NCBI GenBank assembly: GCA_016906335.1
Contig: JADEYG010000001.1
Location: 1,674,001 to 1,738,000 of the forward strand
Length of the DNA stretch: 64,000 nt
Reading direction: 5' to 3'
DNA from: Novakomyces olei
Lineage: Eukaryota
In this document: positions 48,519 through 59,827 of the stretch, one piece after another
Layout of the letters: the number at the start of each line of letters is the position of its first letter
Numbering within the stretch: position 1 is the first letter of the stretch
Program-made: the position numbers and the translations under genes
Notes under the pieces: model-generated
The model's database searches: none
What the model was told of the DNA's origin: nothing
Seen by the model: only the letters and a program-made list of their open reading frames with translations

Positions 48519-49505
48519 TTAAGCATTGCCAGATCCTGGACCTGTCCCTGGGCGATATGAACTAATCTTATATCTGTCTATGAGATCTGTCTCAGGATCC
48601 CACCCTAACACTGAAACCGGATTCGGTCTTGTTGCGGCAACTTGATTGCCTTCAATTGTGTCACCATCGAGCGGGTCAATTTCGATATTCTGTTTTCCGT
48701 GAACATCAAAGACAATATTTCCCACGAACTTGTTTCCACGGCCTTGCTTTGTGTGATCGACTGGGTCATCTTCAGATATAATACCACTTCCTGGTGCACT
48801 AATCACCAAATTTCCTTGGACCGTGTCGCCCGATGCCCCCATGATGGCGATGCCTCTTCCGTAAGCGTTTTCAAGAGCAAAATTCTTCTCAAAAATGTTT
48901 CCCTTATCGGCCGTAGGGTCCGTTTGATAAGAATCATCGGAAAAAGAGTCATCGCCTGCTTGGTACACTTGATTAAATTCCACAACGTTGTTCTTGGACT
49001 GGTTCATAATTGCAATGCCATCAGCATTTGAGCCTTGAACCAAATTATGAATAATTTGGCTGCACTCGGAATTATCTACTCTGATCCCGTTTGAACCAGC
49101 ACCTAAAGTACAAACATGACTCACTGTTGCGCCAGAAGCGTTTTGGACCAAGATAGCAGCTGCCTCAGGCATGTTGCTTCGTGTTGGAGAGGACGCTTTA
49201 ATTACAAGTTGCTGTAGAACTGATTTAGAGCCCGACAGTCGTAAAGCACTTTGATTTGGATTTGTTGCAACCATCAAAGTGGCATATCCTGCTCCAAACA
49301 CGGTAGCATTTTCCATATTAATAGATCCAGAGTGATTGTAAGTTCCCTCTGGAATATACAGCGGACGCCTTTGGCCCGCTGCATTTTGAATTGCGCTCTG
49401 TAGCGCCGCGGTATGATCTTCTAGATTCCCTGCATTGTATGAAAGAGCATTGGAAAACTGATTAGCACTGAGAGGCTTCTTTGACGGTCCAACTCTGCTT
49501 GCCAT
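48519..49505 (-). CDS. Pectin-lyase-fold right-handed parallel beta-helix protein, intronless, no signal peptide
   Basis: D.TAALQSAI...LYIPEGTY N-cap, then stacked NGIRV, ADGIAI, GDDSFS, GRGIAI, GSGIIS coils with an Asn ladder. TATATAA lies about 70 nt upstream. Confidence 0.8.
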   Translation of the reverse strand: MASRVGPSKKPLSANQFSNALSYNAGNLEDHTAALQSAIQNAAGQRRPLYIPEGTYNHSGSINMENATVFGAGYATLMVATNPNQSALRLSGSKSVLQQLVIKASSPTRSNMPEAAAILVQNASGATVSHVCTLGAGSNGIRVDNSECSQIIHNLVQGSNADGIAIMNQSKNNVVEFNQVYQAGDDSFSDDSYQTDPTADKGNIFEKNFALENAYGRGIAIMGASGDTVQGNLVISAPGSGIISEDDPVDHTKQGRGNKFVGNIVFDVHGKQNIEIDPLDGDTIEGNQVAATRPNPVSVLGWDPETDLIDRYKISSYRPGTGPGSGNA

Positions 49506-50405
49506 TTTCGAGTCCAGAATTGACAAGATAGGTGCTTTCAAGTAAAAGCGCTTTGCTACGCTACGTCAAGGCTTATATATTCTTAAACATGCTCATCAAT
49601 GTTATCACAATCCAATACACATCCGCACCATAGACAATTTCGGGGATGAGATTTCCAGTTCATATCTGATTCTCGTAGAGCCCATGCAGGTCGTTCAAAC
49701 AAAAGTGTGCGCATTACAACGTGAAGCGAAGCAATTCGGCACTATCGGCGTTTCCTTGTGCGGTTATAAGCAGGTCGTAGTCCTCTATCTCTGCAAAAAA
49801 GTTCAAGTTCTAAAGAAACAGAGATACGGTTAGTCACGTGTTGGTCTCAATATGGCGGAACAGGACTTGACGTCGCATGATAAGAGCCATATTCTGACGA
49901 GTTTATCAATTAGTGCTTTCATTTGCCGAGCCTCGGCCGATAAATGATGATCTATTTTTCAAGCACGTCTAAATTCTTTCCTTATTTAGATGTACAATCA
50001 GGAATATTGCACTGGATACGACAGAGGCCGCACTCGATATCGGTTTCCTGTCACCCACCGGTCGCCTAGCAGCGCCCGCTGAAGTGAATTATTATATCAA
50101 ATTATACCAATTCAGAAGATCTGCAAAACACCATTTAGTGAATTTGAGCCTGTACTGTAAGCGCGTGCCATATCGACGTGATCTGTAGGCAAATTGGTGA
50201 AAGCGCAGTCTTTATTACCAATTATAGTAGTCAGTCGACGGCAGAATGCGGGTCTCAACGCAAAGCACGTGGAAAAATTGCATCTGCTTTAGTGATTTAC
50301 GAGCTTTGCAAAGACTTTACGTATTAGACCGCGCAAGTGTTTTCGAATATCGGCCGCGTTTATATAAGGACAGCGGCTTTGAAATCAAAAAAGTATCTCA
50401 ACATT

Positions 50406-50975
50406 ATGGGCGACGCACCGGTAACAATAATCATAACAAACAAATTTCCCTACACAATCAAAGTGGGAGAGTTTGTGAGTCAAAACGCTAATCCCGTCAA
50501 TACAGTCAATATTCCGCCAGGACAGGAGAGATACCTTGGATACTGGTTCCAGCAGAGCGGATATGTCGCAGTGGCAGATGCAAACGGAAATTTTCAATGG
50601 AACGCTAGTCGTCTCGAGTATAATGCAAACGGCCAAGGCCTGACGTCAATTGATGTGAGCTACATTGATGGAAGAAACTGCGCAATGTCCATAGATGATG
50701 GGCAGGGAAAGCGTAAAGGTGATCATAGTTGCATTGCAAATCAGGCACCAGGTGATTCTGTTTTGCACGACAGCGGAGGTCGTCCTACAATTGCGGGATG
50801 GTACGATGGAAATTCAAGCGCTGGAAAAGATGGTGAGGCATACATGAGAAGAGTGTTGCCAGCTGGATCAGCCTATCTTAGACCAAATGACGACACTCTA
50901 CCTTTTTCGCAAAACCCTATGACTATGTCGATGGATCCCAGCAAGCATTATTATGTTGATTTTGGGCCCGCGTAA
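50406..50975 (+). CDS. Small thaumatin/osmotin-like-fold protein, Cys-poor, no signal peptide
   Basis: ITNKFPYTI, SRLEY, DVSYIDGRNCAM and AYLRPNDD parallel the TLP motifs N.C.YT, TLAEF, YDVSLVDG.N.P and AYSY..DD. TATA at about 50361. Confidence 0.6.
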   Translation: MGDAPVTIIITNKFPYTIKVGEFVSQNANPVNTVNIPPGQERYLGYWFQQSGYVAVADANGNFQWNASRLEYNANGQGLTSIDVSYIDGRNCAMSIDDGQGKRKGDHSCIANQAPGDSVLHDSGGRPTIAGWYDGNSSAGKDGEAYMRRVLPAGSAYLRPNDDTLPFSQNPMTMSMDPSKHYYVDFGPA

Positions 50976-51269
50976 AGTCAAACTATTCGTACTGCTTAAT
51001 TAATTTTATTGTTTCTAGTTTAGTGGACCACTGTGGCATCGCAGTTCTAAAGAATGAACGACTAGACAATACCTTTTTAAAACCAGTCCAGCATACAACA
51101 TAAGCACATTTAATAAGTCATTTCCTGACTTCATCGCACTACGCATGTGTTATGGAATATATATCTGAAAATATGAACTCAAAAAATCATTGACTCCAAA
51201 CTTCAAGTAAAAACGCGCATCTGGGGCATACAAGCCATATGATATTCTCATGTCCACTCTGGTACAAAG

Positions 51270-52085
51270 CTATATATTGATGTAGGTGTCGCCGAGAGAT
51301 GTATTGACCCCCGGACCAGCGAGTAGCGACGTGAAATGAGGATCTGGGCTGAGTTTACCCGTGAACCAGGCATATCGGGCAACATCATTTCTGTCTTCAC
51401 AAATCGAAACCATTTCTCTCATTTGACCAATTTGCTTTGCTTCGCTTGTAATTTGCGCACCGTCATTCTGGCTATGCCAGTTTGCAAATTCAGTGACCCA
51501 GAAGGCTTTTCCATACTTTTTGAGCCTATCTAACTGTGCGCTGAGCCCATAGTCATACCAATGGAACCCTAAATAGTCAATTTGAGGATGCCTGCCACCA
51601 TGAGCTGAAGAATAGGCTTGAATGAAAGCATCAAGCCACTTAATGGGGTCTTCATAGCCTTTCATGGTCCCCCATGTAATCTGAGGACCAACAATTTTAA
51701 CGTTGGCGCGTGCAGCCACATCTTCATATCTAGGCCAGAAGCTGGCAGCGCTTTGAGGGGTGGCATTCGATTGACCAGTCAAGTTTGGCTCGTTCAAGAC
51801 CAAAATGTACTTTGTAGAAGGATTGTCTCGTAGTAGACCCAAAACAGCATCTTCGTCAAAATTATTATCCCACAACATAGGAATAAAGTCCACATCTTCA
51901 GAAGCTGAAAGCGCCATAGATACACCTTCATCGGGTGACAGTCCCCAGTTGTAATACCAAGATATTCCAGGCGACAGAGCATTGAGGTCGCCGCCAAATT
52001 TCAGGTTATACGCGAGACCCTTTTTAGGGCTTTTGTGTGGCATAGTCAAGAGGTCAGTAGCACCAGATTTCAGTTTAATTGCCAT
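51270..52085 (-). CDS. GH128 beta-1,3-glucanase catalytic core, intronless, no signal peptide (start may be the second ATG at 52043)
   Basis: KKGLAY, SWYYNWG, FIPMLW, LNEPN (acid/base), GFHWY, WVTEFA (nucleophile), RYAWF. Confidence 0.88.
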   Translation of the reverse strand: MAIKLKSGATDLLTMPHKSPKKGLAYNLKFGGDLNALSPGISWYYNWGLSPDEGVSMALSASEDVDFIPMLWDNNFDEDAVLGLLRDNPSTKYILVLNEPNLTGQSNATPQSAASFWPRYEDVAARANVKIVGPQITWGTMKGYEDPIKWLDAFIQAYSSAHGGRHPQIDYLGFHWYDYGLSAQLDRLKKYGKAFWVTEFANWHSQNDGAQITSEAKQIGQMREMVSICEDRNDVARYAWFTGKLSPDPHFTSLLAGPGVNTSLGDTYINI

Positions 52086-52529
52086 TTTGTAGTCTATACC
52101 TTTTATATAGTTATTCGCAGCCTAGGAGGAGAATGCGTGCTGTCGTGCGTTATCAACCAGCTCGTAGATCAAAGAGGCGCCTTTTCAGGGTATTTTGGAA
52201 ACGATAAAACTGATACAAACTGCGCGTGAGATAAGCAGGCTACAGCCTCGGTAAATATAATTTAATCAGGACCAATTCAGACCGCTGATCCATCATCCAG
52301 TTTTCGTCCTGTACTAAATACAGAAATTTTGAACGAAGGACCGAAGCAGCCATTGTCCTAGAATCTTGGTTAATCAATGGGAGTTTGGTTTCACAATTTT
52401 GCATCCGCCTTATCTATTCTCGTCCTACTCCCTATCCCGCACCATATATTCATCTACCTACTCGTAACTGGAAACGGCAAACTTGGTCACCGAGCTTTGA
52501 TTTTTATCAGCCATTTCCAAATTGAAGGG

Positions 52530-53285
52530 ATTATTAGCTTTGTTTACGATATTTGGAACGCCTACTGCTGGAGCCCTCGGAGGTCGAGGGCTTGGAGCCA
52601 GCACACTTGAGCAAGCCAGGGCCATGATCCAATAGACCCGTGCGCTTACACCACACGTGATTCATGCAAATGTATTTCGCCATAAACGCTAGCGCTGCCC
52701 GCGGATGACGAGATTGCCAGCGAAGTGCTATTCGTTTTTCAACCGAGTCTATGAGACTCGGCCCTTTAAATCCCACGAAACTGCTCCGGGATATACGAGT
52801 TTCCGTGACAGCCAAGCAATGTTACAGGTCCTCCTGCAAACCCAGCCCACGCAGCACCATCTTACCATAATTGCAGTGGGCAGTATCATGGACGGCCAAA
52901 GAATTAAAGCTGTATTGGAATTAGGCGCTAGCGGTGCTCAATTAGGAACCGCTTTTGTGCTGTGTCCCGAGTCTGCTGCTGACGTGGGATATCGGCAATT
53001 GCTGCAAAGCCCACGAGCTATACCACCCGGCTGACGGGTACTATTTCGGTCAAACCGGCACGAGCAATTGTTGACAATTTTATAAGGCAACCCGAGGTAT
53101 TAGAGATTAAAACGCCGGTGATCTCTCGGGCGTATTCTGCATAAAAGGCGCTTTATGCGGCTGCTAAAGCTCGAGAAAGTTATGAGTATGGGGCTTATCG
53201 GGCGGGACAGTCGACTCCTTCAGCCCGCACTCTACATGCTGCTGAACTCGTTGCAAAATTGCATTCTGAACTTGCACACACTTGA
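52530..53285 (+). pseudogene. Decayed nitronate monooxygenase (2-nitropropane dioxygenase family)
   Basis: Fragments across frames: RALTPHVIHANVFRH, YTSFRDSQAMLQVLL, IIAVGSIMDG...GAQLGTAFVLCPES, ISVKPARAI, KALYAAAK...YRAGQ...AAELV. Frameshift near 53020, in-frame TAA at 53142, central region missing. Confidence 0.8.
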
Positions 53286-53595
53286 CGATTTTTTCAATAA
53301 TTTGTCATACAATCTTAACCTGCTAGCCATGGGCAAAAATTGTTGAATATTTACGAATGCCCTGGCATGCAATACAATCAGACTGGCCTCTGATTCAAGC
53401 TTTTAATGTGCTCTCTTTTGAATATCTATGTATATTCGTATATGATGAGCTCCGCCTATTATCACATGACCGTCTAAAAGGCAAAACCGCCCAACAAAAC
53501 ATACTCTACTTATTCATTAATTTCAACTTTGCAGTTAGAAACCGTGAGCTGATCATTAAAAATAGAAAATTCGAGCCATTCCGGTAATATTGGAA

Positions 53596-54465
53596 TCATA
53601 ATTCATCGCGGAATATGCGAGTAAGCAGAGGCATAATATAGTGTATGATGTATAGTCCACCGTTCGGACTAGCCGTACCCACAAACTCCAATTGGTTCCT
53701 GGGTGGCAATTTTATGGCAGATTCCTGGGCGATTGATTCGCTGCCAGCAAAACCGTTACCGTGGAGTACAAAAGCTAAATGAATAGAATCGTGGGTCTCA
53801 ATGACACATTTTTGGCCTTCTGTTATGTGTATTATTTCAACGGCCAATTCACGCTCCGAAAAAACGCCTAATGGCTTCCTAAAGGTCCCAGGAAACTCCG
53901 TTATCTCTTTCCATCCAAAAGCTTCTGGTCTCATAATAACGATAGCGTTATACCGCCCAAGAGGGTACGTCAGTTTGCGTTTATTATAATACTCCCAGAG
54001 AGCCTGATAACCGTCAAGACTTTCACCATTATCTCGCACATATTTTCCGGCCTCGAACTTCCCGTATTTTTGTAACTCTTCCTGGCCTTTTGAGAGCTGT
54101 TCATGAGCTAAGAAGCCCTGGCCGCTTGCGCCTCCAGTTTGCAGTACTAAGACAATCCGTTCCCCGGGCCCGTCATCTTGAGGCCCATACTTTACACCCT
54201 CGGGATGGTAGCTTAACCAGCCCTGGCGCAACAAGCCATCAGGGCCAGGAAGCAGAGATATATCGCCCTTGTAAGCATACCGAAACTGATCAAAATTGTG
54301 GCTATGCGTTGGCGAATAAAACTCTTCCTGGCGAGCAAGAACGAACAGAAAGTTTTCTGGTGTCCCCTCGTCACCCTTAAACAACGTTTTGAAGGCTAAA
54401 CCACTGCCTCGATGTTTAAGCCCAAAGCGCTCAAAGTCTATCCCTGCTCCGTGGACAATCTCCAT
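53596..54465 (-). CDS. Uncharacterised RmlC-like cupin protein, intronless
   Basis: Cupin-like metal motif SPTHSHNFDQFRY..KG followed by YHPEGVKYGPQ and LVLQTGGASGQGF. Confidence 0.7.
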   Translation of the reverse strand: MEIVHGAGIDFERFGLKHRGSGLAFKTLFKGDEGTPENFLFVLARQEEFYSPTHSHNFDQFRYAYKGDISLLPGPDGLLRQGWLSYHPEGVKYGPQDDGPGERIVLVLQTGGASGQGFLAHEQLSKGQEELQKYGKFEAGKYVRDNGESLDGYQALWEYYNKRKLTYPLGRYNAIVIMRPEAFGWKEITEFPGTFRKPLGVFSERELAVEIIHITEGQKCVIETHDSIHLAFVLHGNGFAGSESIAQESAIKLPPRNQLEFVGTASPNGGLYIIHYIMPLLTRIFRDEL

Positions 54466-55141
54466 TCAGGGCAAGAATAAGAGGACAAAAATACTAAAGG
54501 AGCGGCATGTAAGCTTCATTCAGATTCGAGACACGGACAAAGATCCATTGTTTGCTCATTGCCTATTTTATCACTTTAGCTTTAGTGCGATCTTCCGGGA
54601 AGGGAGAAGAGGCGCTATATATATATTACGTAATTCTTATGCGGGCTTTATTCTTGCCGTCGGCCCTTTAAGATGCTTATCTTAGAAACCCTAACCCTAA
54701 GCGTGATGACACTTGAATAAACGCCGACCCCAGCAAATCTCCGCGAGAAAATTCACGAGACAGTGGAAGATTGCTTAAATGGAATATTACCATAACATTA
54801 AAGCTTTAAATTTACGGTTACTTGAACGGTTTATCTATTTCAACGTCCCCATATTTCTTCTCCCTTTATTGTTGTTCGAACTGGAACAAAATTATGTTCC
54901 TACGAAAAGACGTGCTGGGCCAAAGCCGCGCGCAGATAGAGCGCCGACGGTAATATGCATTTAGGATGAGCAACGCACTAGGGCACATGTTCCTGCGGGT
55001 TGAAGTGCCTAAAACATCGATTTTCAGTCTGTTACTACCGTACCCATACTATTACCTGTTTCCAGGACTGGCATCGAAACAAATCAGCGTAACACTCTTT
55101 GTAGAGATTTAATTATATACTGTGTAATGGGCGAACTGAAT

Positions 55142-55954
55142 TCATACATCTTCATCAGTTATACCATCAACTCCGGGCCAGTCTTGCGTATCTTTATTAG
55201 CCCATTGCGCCACTAATTTAACAATCTCGGCAACCTTATCGATTTCCTCCAACTTCATCCCAACTCTTTTCAAGCCACGAAGATGCCAAAGTGTAGGGTT
55301 ATGCAAACCTTGGCACATAATGCCAGGCACAACGACAAGCTCGGTTTCCAAGCTGTTGAGTATCTGTAAGTCCGAGAGAAAAAGACCATAGATTACGTTT
55401 TTTTCCAACCAATCAAAACTGTCTGCATGACTACCAAATTGTTCAAAAATTGCTGGTAGAGTATGTTGGTATATTGACTGAAGGAACTTGGTCCCCCGCT
55501 CTTCTATCGCATCGTCTAATTTGTAGTCTTTCCTGTGCGATAAGCATTTCGTCTGGAGACCATTCAAATATTTAATTAGCAAAAAGCATAATTTCATACT
55601 GATGAAAGTCGGCTTCTACATCTTCAGCGCGTTCGACTTTTGCCAGCGAAGCGACTGCCTCTATCACCAACGGAATGCCGACAATGGTCCATATTTTGAA
55701 AAATAGTTCACGAAAGCGTCGAGAGAGCCGCCGTCGTTCTTCCGTATTTTGGAATTCCGTTTGCTTCGTTAAATATTGGTATAAGTCGGCAATATTTGCG
55801 GACCGCGAACAAGCAATTAATGAGACTGCCTGAATTTAATTAATACAATAAATGCCGGCTTGACATGAACTTACGACAGAATAAACCAAGCATCAGAGGC
55901 TATTGACTCCGGCGAATGCGCTTTAAGCTGGTCAAAAAGATCGGTCAAAGACAT
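55142..55954 (-). CDS. AhpD/carboxymuconolactone-decarboxylase-like all-helical protein, 3 exons
   Basis: Spliced MSLTDLFDQL..WFILS|AVSLIAC..RFRELFFKIWTIVGIP..|..RGTKFLQSIY..IYGLFLSD..LETELVV..WHLRGLKRVG. Confidence 0.7.
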
Positions 55955-56209
55955 AATGAAACTTGATAATTGTCTATTCTGGACTTTGCGTATGTTTCAC
56001 ACCTTTTGTAAACGTTTTATGGATCCTGAAATATAAAATGGACTAAAATTTAATATATTGTACACATCCTCTTCAAACATTTTTAGCCGAGATGCTGCTG
56101 TTGGCGATCCAGAGATTCTAAAAATAGGAAAAATACACTGATTCAACGAGCTTAATCCTTTCCACTGCGCAGAGATTATGTTACTGAAGTGAAACGCAAC
56201 TAAATGCCT

Positions 56210-56231
56210 CGGAATAACATGAATTATTCCG
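56210..56231. promoter_or_regulatory. Perfect inverted repeat CGGAATAA-N6-TTATTCCG in the divergent AhpD-like/deaminase promoter
   Basis: Seen directly. CGG...CCG geometry is typical of Zn2Cys6 sites; function is inferred. Confidence 0.5.
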
Positions 56232-56671
56232 CGACTTTAATCATTTGTTAGGGTCAGCTTTTTTGAGATCATATACTACTATATGACGGTAACATAAACC
56301 TTCAAATTGCATATAGCTTAATCACATTCTCTCAATTTTTAATTTACTCTGTTTCGCCTAAATTGGGTCCAGCGCCATGATAAGCATGATGCACCAACAC
56401 CAACGGTCGTCGTGCATAATGCCCGCAGCATCGATAAAAATACTTTAATTACTTATATGTCGGACAAAATCTATATTTCTACAAATATTAGTCCAAAGGA
56501 TTAGGGTTTATGTCCGCTACTAGCTCTGCTTAAAATGAATCCTACATTTTTAACCAAAACCTTAAGAGTCTATCACGACCAAAATTCAGTTTTTGCACAC
56601 GAAAACTTGTAACGTGGGATGCATTTAATATTTATATAGCTTGGATACCCATTTCCCCCCAAAACGAAATT

Positions 56672-57721
56672 ATGACTGTCGCCGAAATAGAGCGCCTTGA
56701 GCGTATTTGTCATGCGATACCAAAAGTGGAACTTCATTGCCATTTGTTGGGAACGTTGCGCCGAACAACTTTTCGATCTTTAAATAGAAAAGCCGGAAAT
56801 CCTCTTAGTGATACCGAGATTGATCAGTTTTACACTAGAGACGAAAAGCCAATTGGGGTTTTAAGGATTTTGCGAGCACTGGAATCAGATTTGATAACAG
56901 ACCCATCAGATCTTTGCAGAATAACTGAAGAATACCTCGAGGACGCTCAGGCACATAATGTGTTCTATACAGAGTTTTTTTGGAATCCAACTGGTTCAGT
57001 ACGCGCGGGTTGGTTTTCATATGATCAAGGTCAAAAAGCCATCACTGACGCTATTCGCAAAAGCAAAACCAGAATCGGAATTTCTGGCCGATTAATACCT
57101 GCCATTGATCGGGAGGCCGATCCAGAGGAGGCAATAAAACTTGTTAACTGGATGATACAATACCGGGATCCTCTAGTCATTGGATTAGGCATTGATTACA
57201 ATGAGGTTAATCATCCACCTGATCTTTTTGTGGAAGCTTACAAACGTGCGCGAACTGCAGGCTTTTTTACTACAGCTCATGCAGGAGAGTTTGGTTCTCC
57301 CTGGACAAACATTGAAACAGCTCTCACTCAACTTGAAGTAAGCAGAGTCGATCATGGGTATACTGTAATTGATAACCCAGACCTTGTCCAGCACTGTTTG
57401 GATAATGATATTATATTCACAGTGGTTCCAACTAATTCGTTTTACCTTCGAACATTAGATCCTTCTGTTTGGGCACAACGACATCCTATTCGTGAGATGG
57501 TTCGTCTCGGTCTAAGAGTACATCCAAACACAGATGATCCGACTTATCATCGGACAACGCCAACAAAGTCGTGGCTTATGATGCTTACTGAGTTCAATTG
57601 CTCTGTCGCTGATCTCAAGCAATTTTGTTTAAACGGAATCGACGGCGCTTGGGTACCTTTGCGAACAAAAAATATTTGGCAACAACAATGCTTGAAATTT
57701 TTTGATGATTTAGAGATATAA
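56672..57721 (+). CDS. Adenosine/adenine deaminase-family metallohydrolase, intronless
   Basis: PKVELHCHLLG, GIDYNE, TAHAGE, RVDHG, NTDDP metal and catalytic motifs. Confidence 0.9.
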   Translation: MTVAEIERLERICHAIPKVELHCHLLGTLRRTTFRSLNRKAGNPLSDTEIDQFYTRDEKPIGVLRILRALESDLITDPSDLCRITEEYLEDAQAHNVFYTEFFWNPTGSVRAGWFSYDQGQKAITDAIRKSKTRIGISGRLIPAIDREADPEEAIKLVNWMIQYRDPLVIGLGIDYNEVNHPPDLFVEAYKRARTAGFFTTAHAGEFGSPWTNIETALTQLEVSRVDHGYTVIDNPDLVQHCLDNDIIFTVVPTNSFYLRTLDPSVWAQRHPIREMVRLGLRVHPNTDDPTYHRTTPTKSWLMMLTEFNCSVADLKQFCLNGIDGAWVPLRTKNIWQQQCLKFFDDLEI

Positions 57722-57893
57722 TCCCATCGGGCAGAAGCCGTCTCGTGCATTTAGTATATATTGATTAAAGCGCAGTGGGAAAAATTGTACGGATTTGTTT
57801 ACATACGTGTCTTATTATATATATATTTCATTTACACAACAGAAATTCAGCTTCAATTAATCGCCACAAGAAATGAAATTAGATTGTTGCCCA

Positions 57894-59414
57894 CTAGAGC
57901 TTGTACCTGAACTCTGGGTCTTGCTTGTCTGTCAAGTCAGAAGCGTTCGGAGGCAGAGAGCTAGATGATGCAACCTTTCTCCGATTTTCCCACATCAGAT
58001 AACATCTCAGAACCGCACCAAAGAGAATAGTTAAACAAAAACAAATAATCATAGCCTTGAAAGAGGTCTCATAGCGTGGAGCTTCAGAATTTCTGAAAAG
58101 CTGAGGCGCACCAATATTGCAAGCACTAGACTGTTAGAAATACGCGATATATATAAAAAGACAAATGATTTGAACTTCTAAACAAAATGTAAATTTCAGA
58201 ACAGCTTACCAGTATATTATAAACATCAATGCCGTGGCAGAGTTTCGCTTCGTGGCACCAATAAAGTTCCCTCCGAGAATAGCAAGTACACTGGGAAACG
58301 TTGCTGGCTGCACCTGCAAGAGATAGTATCCAAACAGTCGCAGTCCTTTAGCATGAGACGGAACTCTATAAATTATGATTGCCCCGGCAATAGGCAAGAT
58401 TACAGAGGCAATAATGACAAGACATCGCATATTTTTCCATTTACTGGCAACAAATCCCGCGCTAACAATTGCAATCCATGTAATAACAGAAGCAGGAACC
58501 ATCAGCAATGTAGTCTCAATTGATGTATAGCCAAAGCCATCAACAATGATAAAACCATATGATAGAATAGCGCCATTAGGCAAGATGGAAAGAACAGTGA
58601 TGCCAGCGAGCAGCCAAAACTGGATATCAGTAACGCATTCCAACAGCTGAGACCAGTTCCATTCGCTTTTAATGGGCTCCTTTACTTGAACACGAGCATG
58701 AATTTCCTTCTCTTCCGCCGTTAAAAAGCGAGCTGTTTGTGGGCTGTCCGGAAGCAAAAAAAAGATCAAAATTCCCCAGGCTACAGTAACGCAGCCTTCC
58801 ACAATAAAAATGTACCTCCAAGACGAGGTGCCACCATTAATATGACCTAATCCAAAGGCAACAAAACTGGATACGATCCCGCCAAAATCGTTTCCTGCCC
58901 ACCAAATACCCGTGCGCAAAGGTTGCTGGCGAGAAGACCACCATGTAGATGAAATAAGAACGAATATAGGACTAATTCCGGATTCCAAAAGTCCCGAGAA
59001 GAATCGAGCGGCTAACAGTCCGGAGTAAGAATGGCAGGCGGAGGTTGCCGCTAAGACTACACCCCACAAAACCAAAAGTGTACCTGTTAACTTTCCAATA
59101 GGCAAGACTTGCACGAGACGAGCAATTGGCATATTTCCCAGTAAAAATCCAAAGTAAAAAATTGCCGATACCCAGGAATAAGCTTGCCCGTGTAGATTAT
59201 TGTCAGTGCGCAAGTCAAAAACTGCCGCCGCACTGAGCGAAAGTTTGTCCATAAATTGTAACGAATAGGTGAGGAAAAGAAGTGGTAATAAGTTAAGGTC
59301 AATTTTTCTTGTTATAATCTTCCATTTCTGAGCATCAACTGATGAAACGTCGCCTTCAACCTCGTTCTCGCGCAGTTTGTCGTCGACTACGATATCAATC
59401 GATTTAGTCGTCAT
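57894..59414 (-). CDS. MFS Dal5/allantoate-permease-like transporter; one intron near 58128-58209
   Basis: RKIDLNLLP, LQFMDK, YSWVSAIFYFG, ARFFSG..E, QQPLRTGIW, WRYIF..EG, LPDSP. Last exon reads CNIGAPQLF...DLTDKQDPEFRYKL*. Confidence 0.9.
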
Positions 59415-59827
59415 TTTGAGACAGAACACCAAGAGGGTAACGAGCCGAAAAATCAATGAATGATCAAAAATAAAGTAAACACTAGAAGTCCTTGACTATC
59501 CTCCGTCTCAAATCCTAAATCGATCCCGGCAATTTGTTGTTCGACAGACTTTAAAATAATCATGGCATGATAAGCCAATTTATATGTGTTATGGTCATCT
59601 TTATTTATTAGACGGAAAATATCTTATCGCTCGGAAAATTATTGGATTTACCGAAACGTGGGCTATTTATCCGGAAGTTATCCAAAAACTTAACCCTGGC
59701 CCTGCCTGATAAGTCAAGGTTCTATGCCTACAAAGTTTAGGACACATAGGAAAAAGGCACATAAACTAATTATACAATAGAGCTGAAGTGTATACCAATG
59801 CTATAGACAATTCTTAGATAAATATGT

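Noticed and set aside
47879-48522. 146-aa minus ORF and short plus ORFs next to the candidate HGT island
   Set aside because: No ATG-led coherent protein or motif. It may be a very degraded relic, but this cannot be supported from sequence alone.
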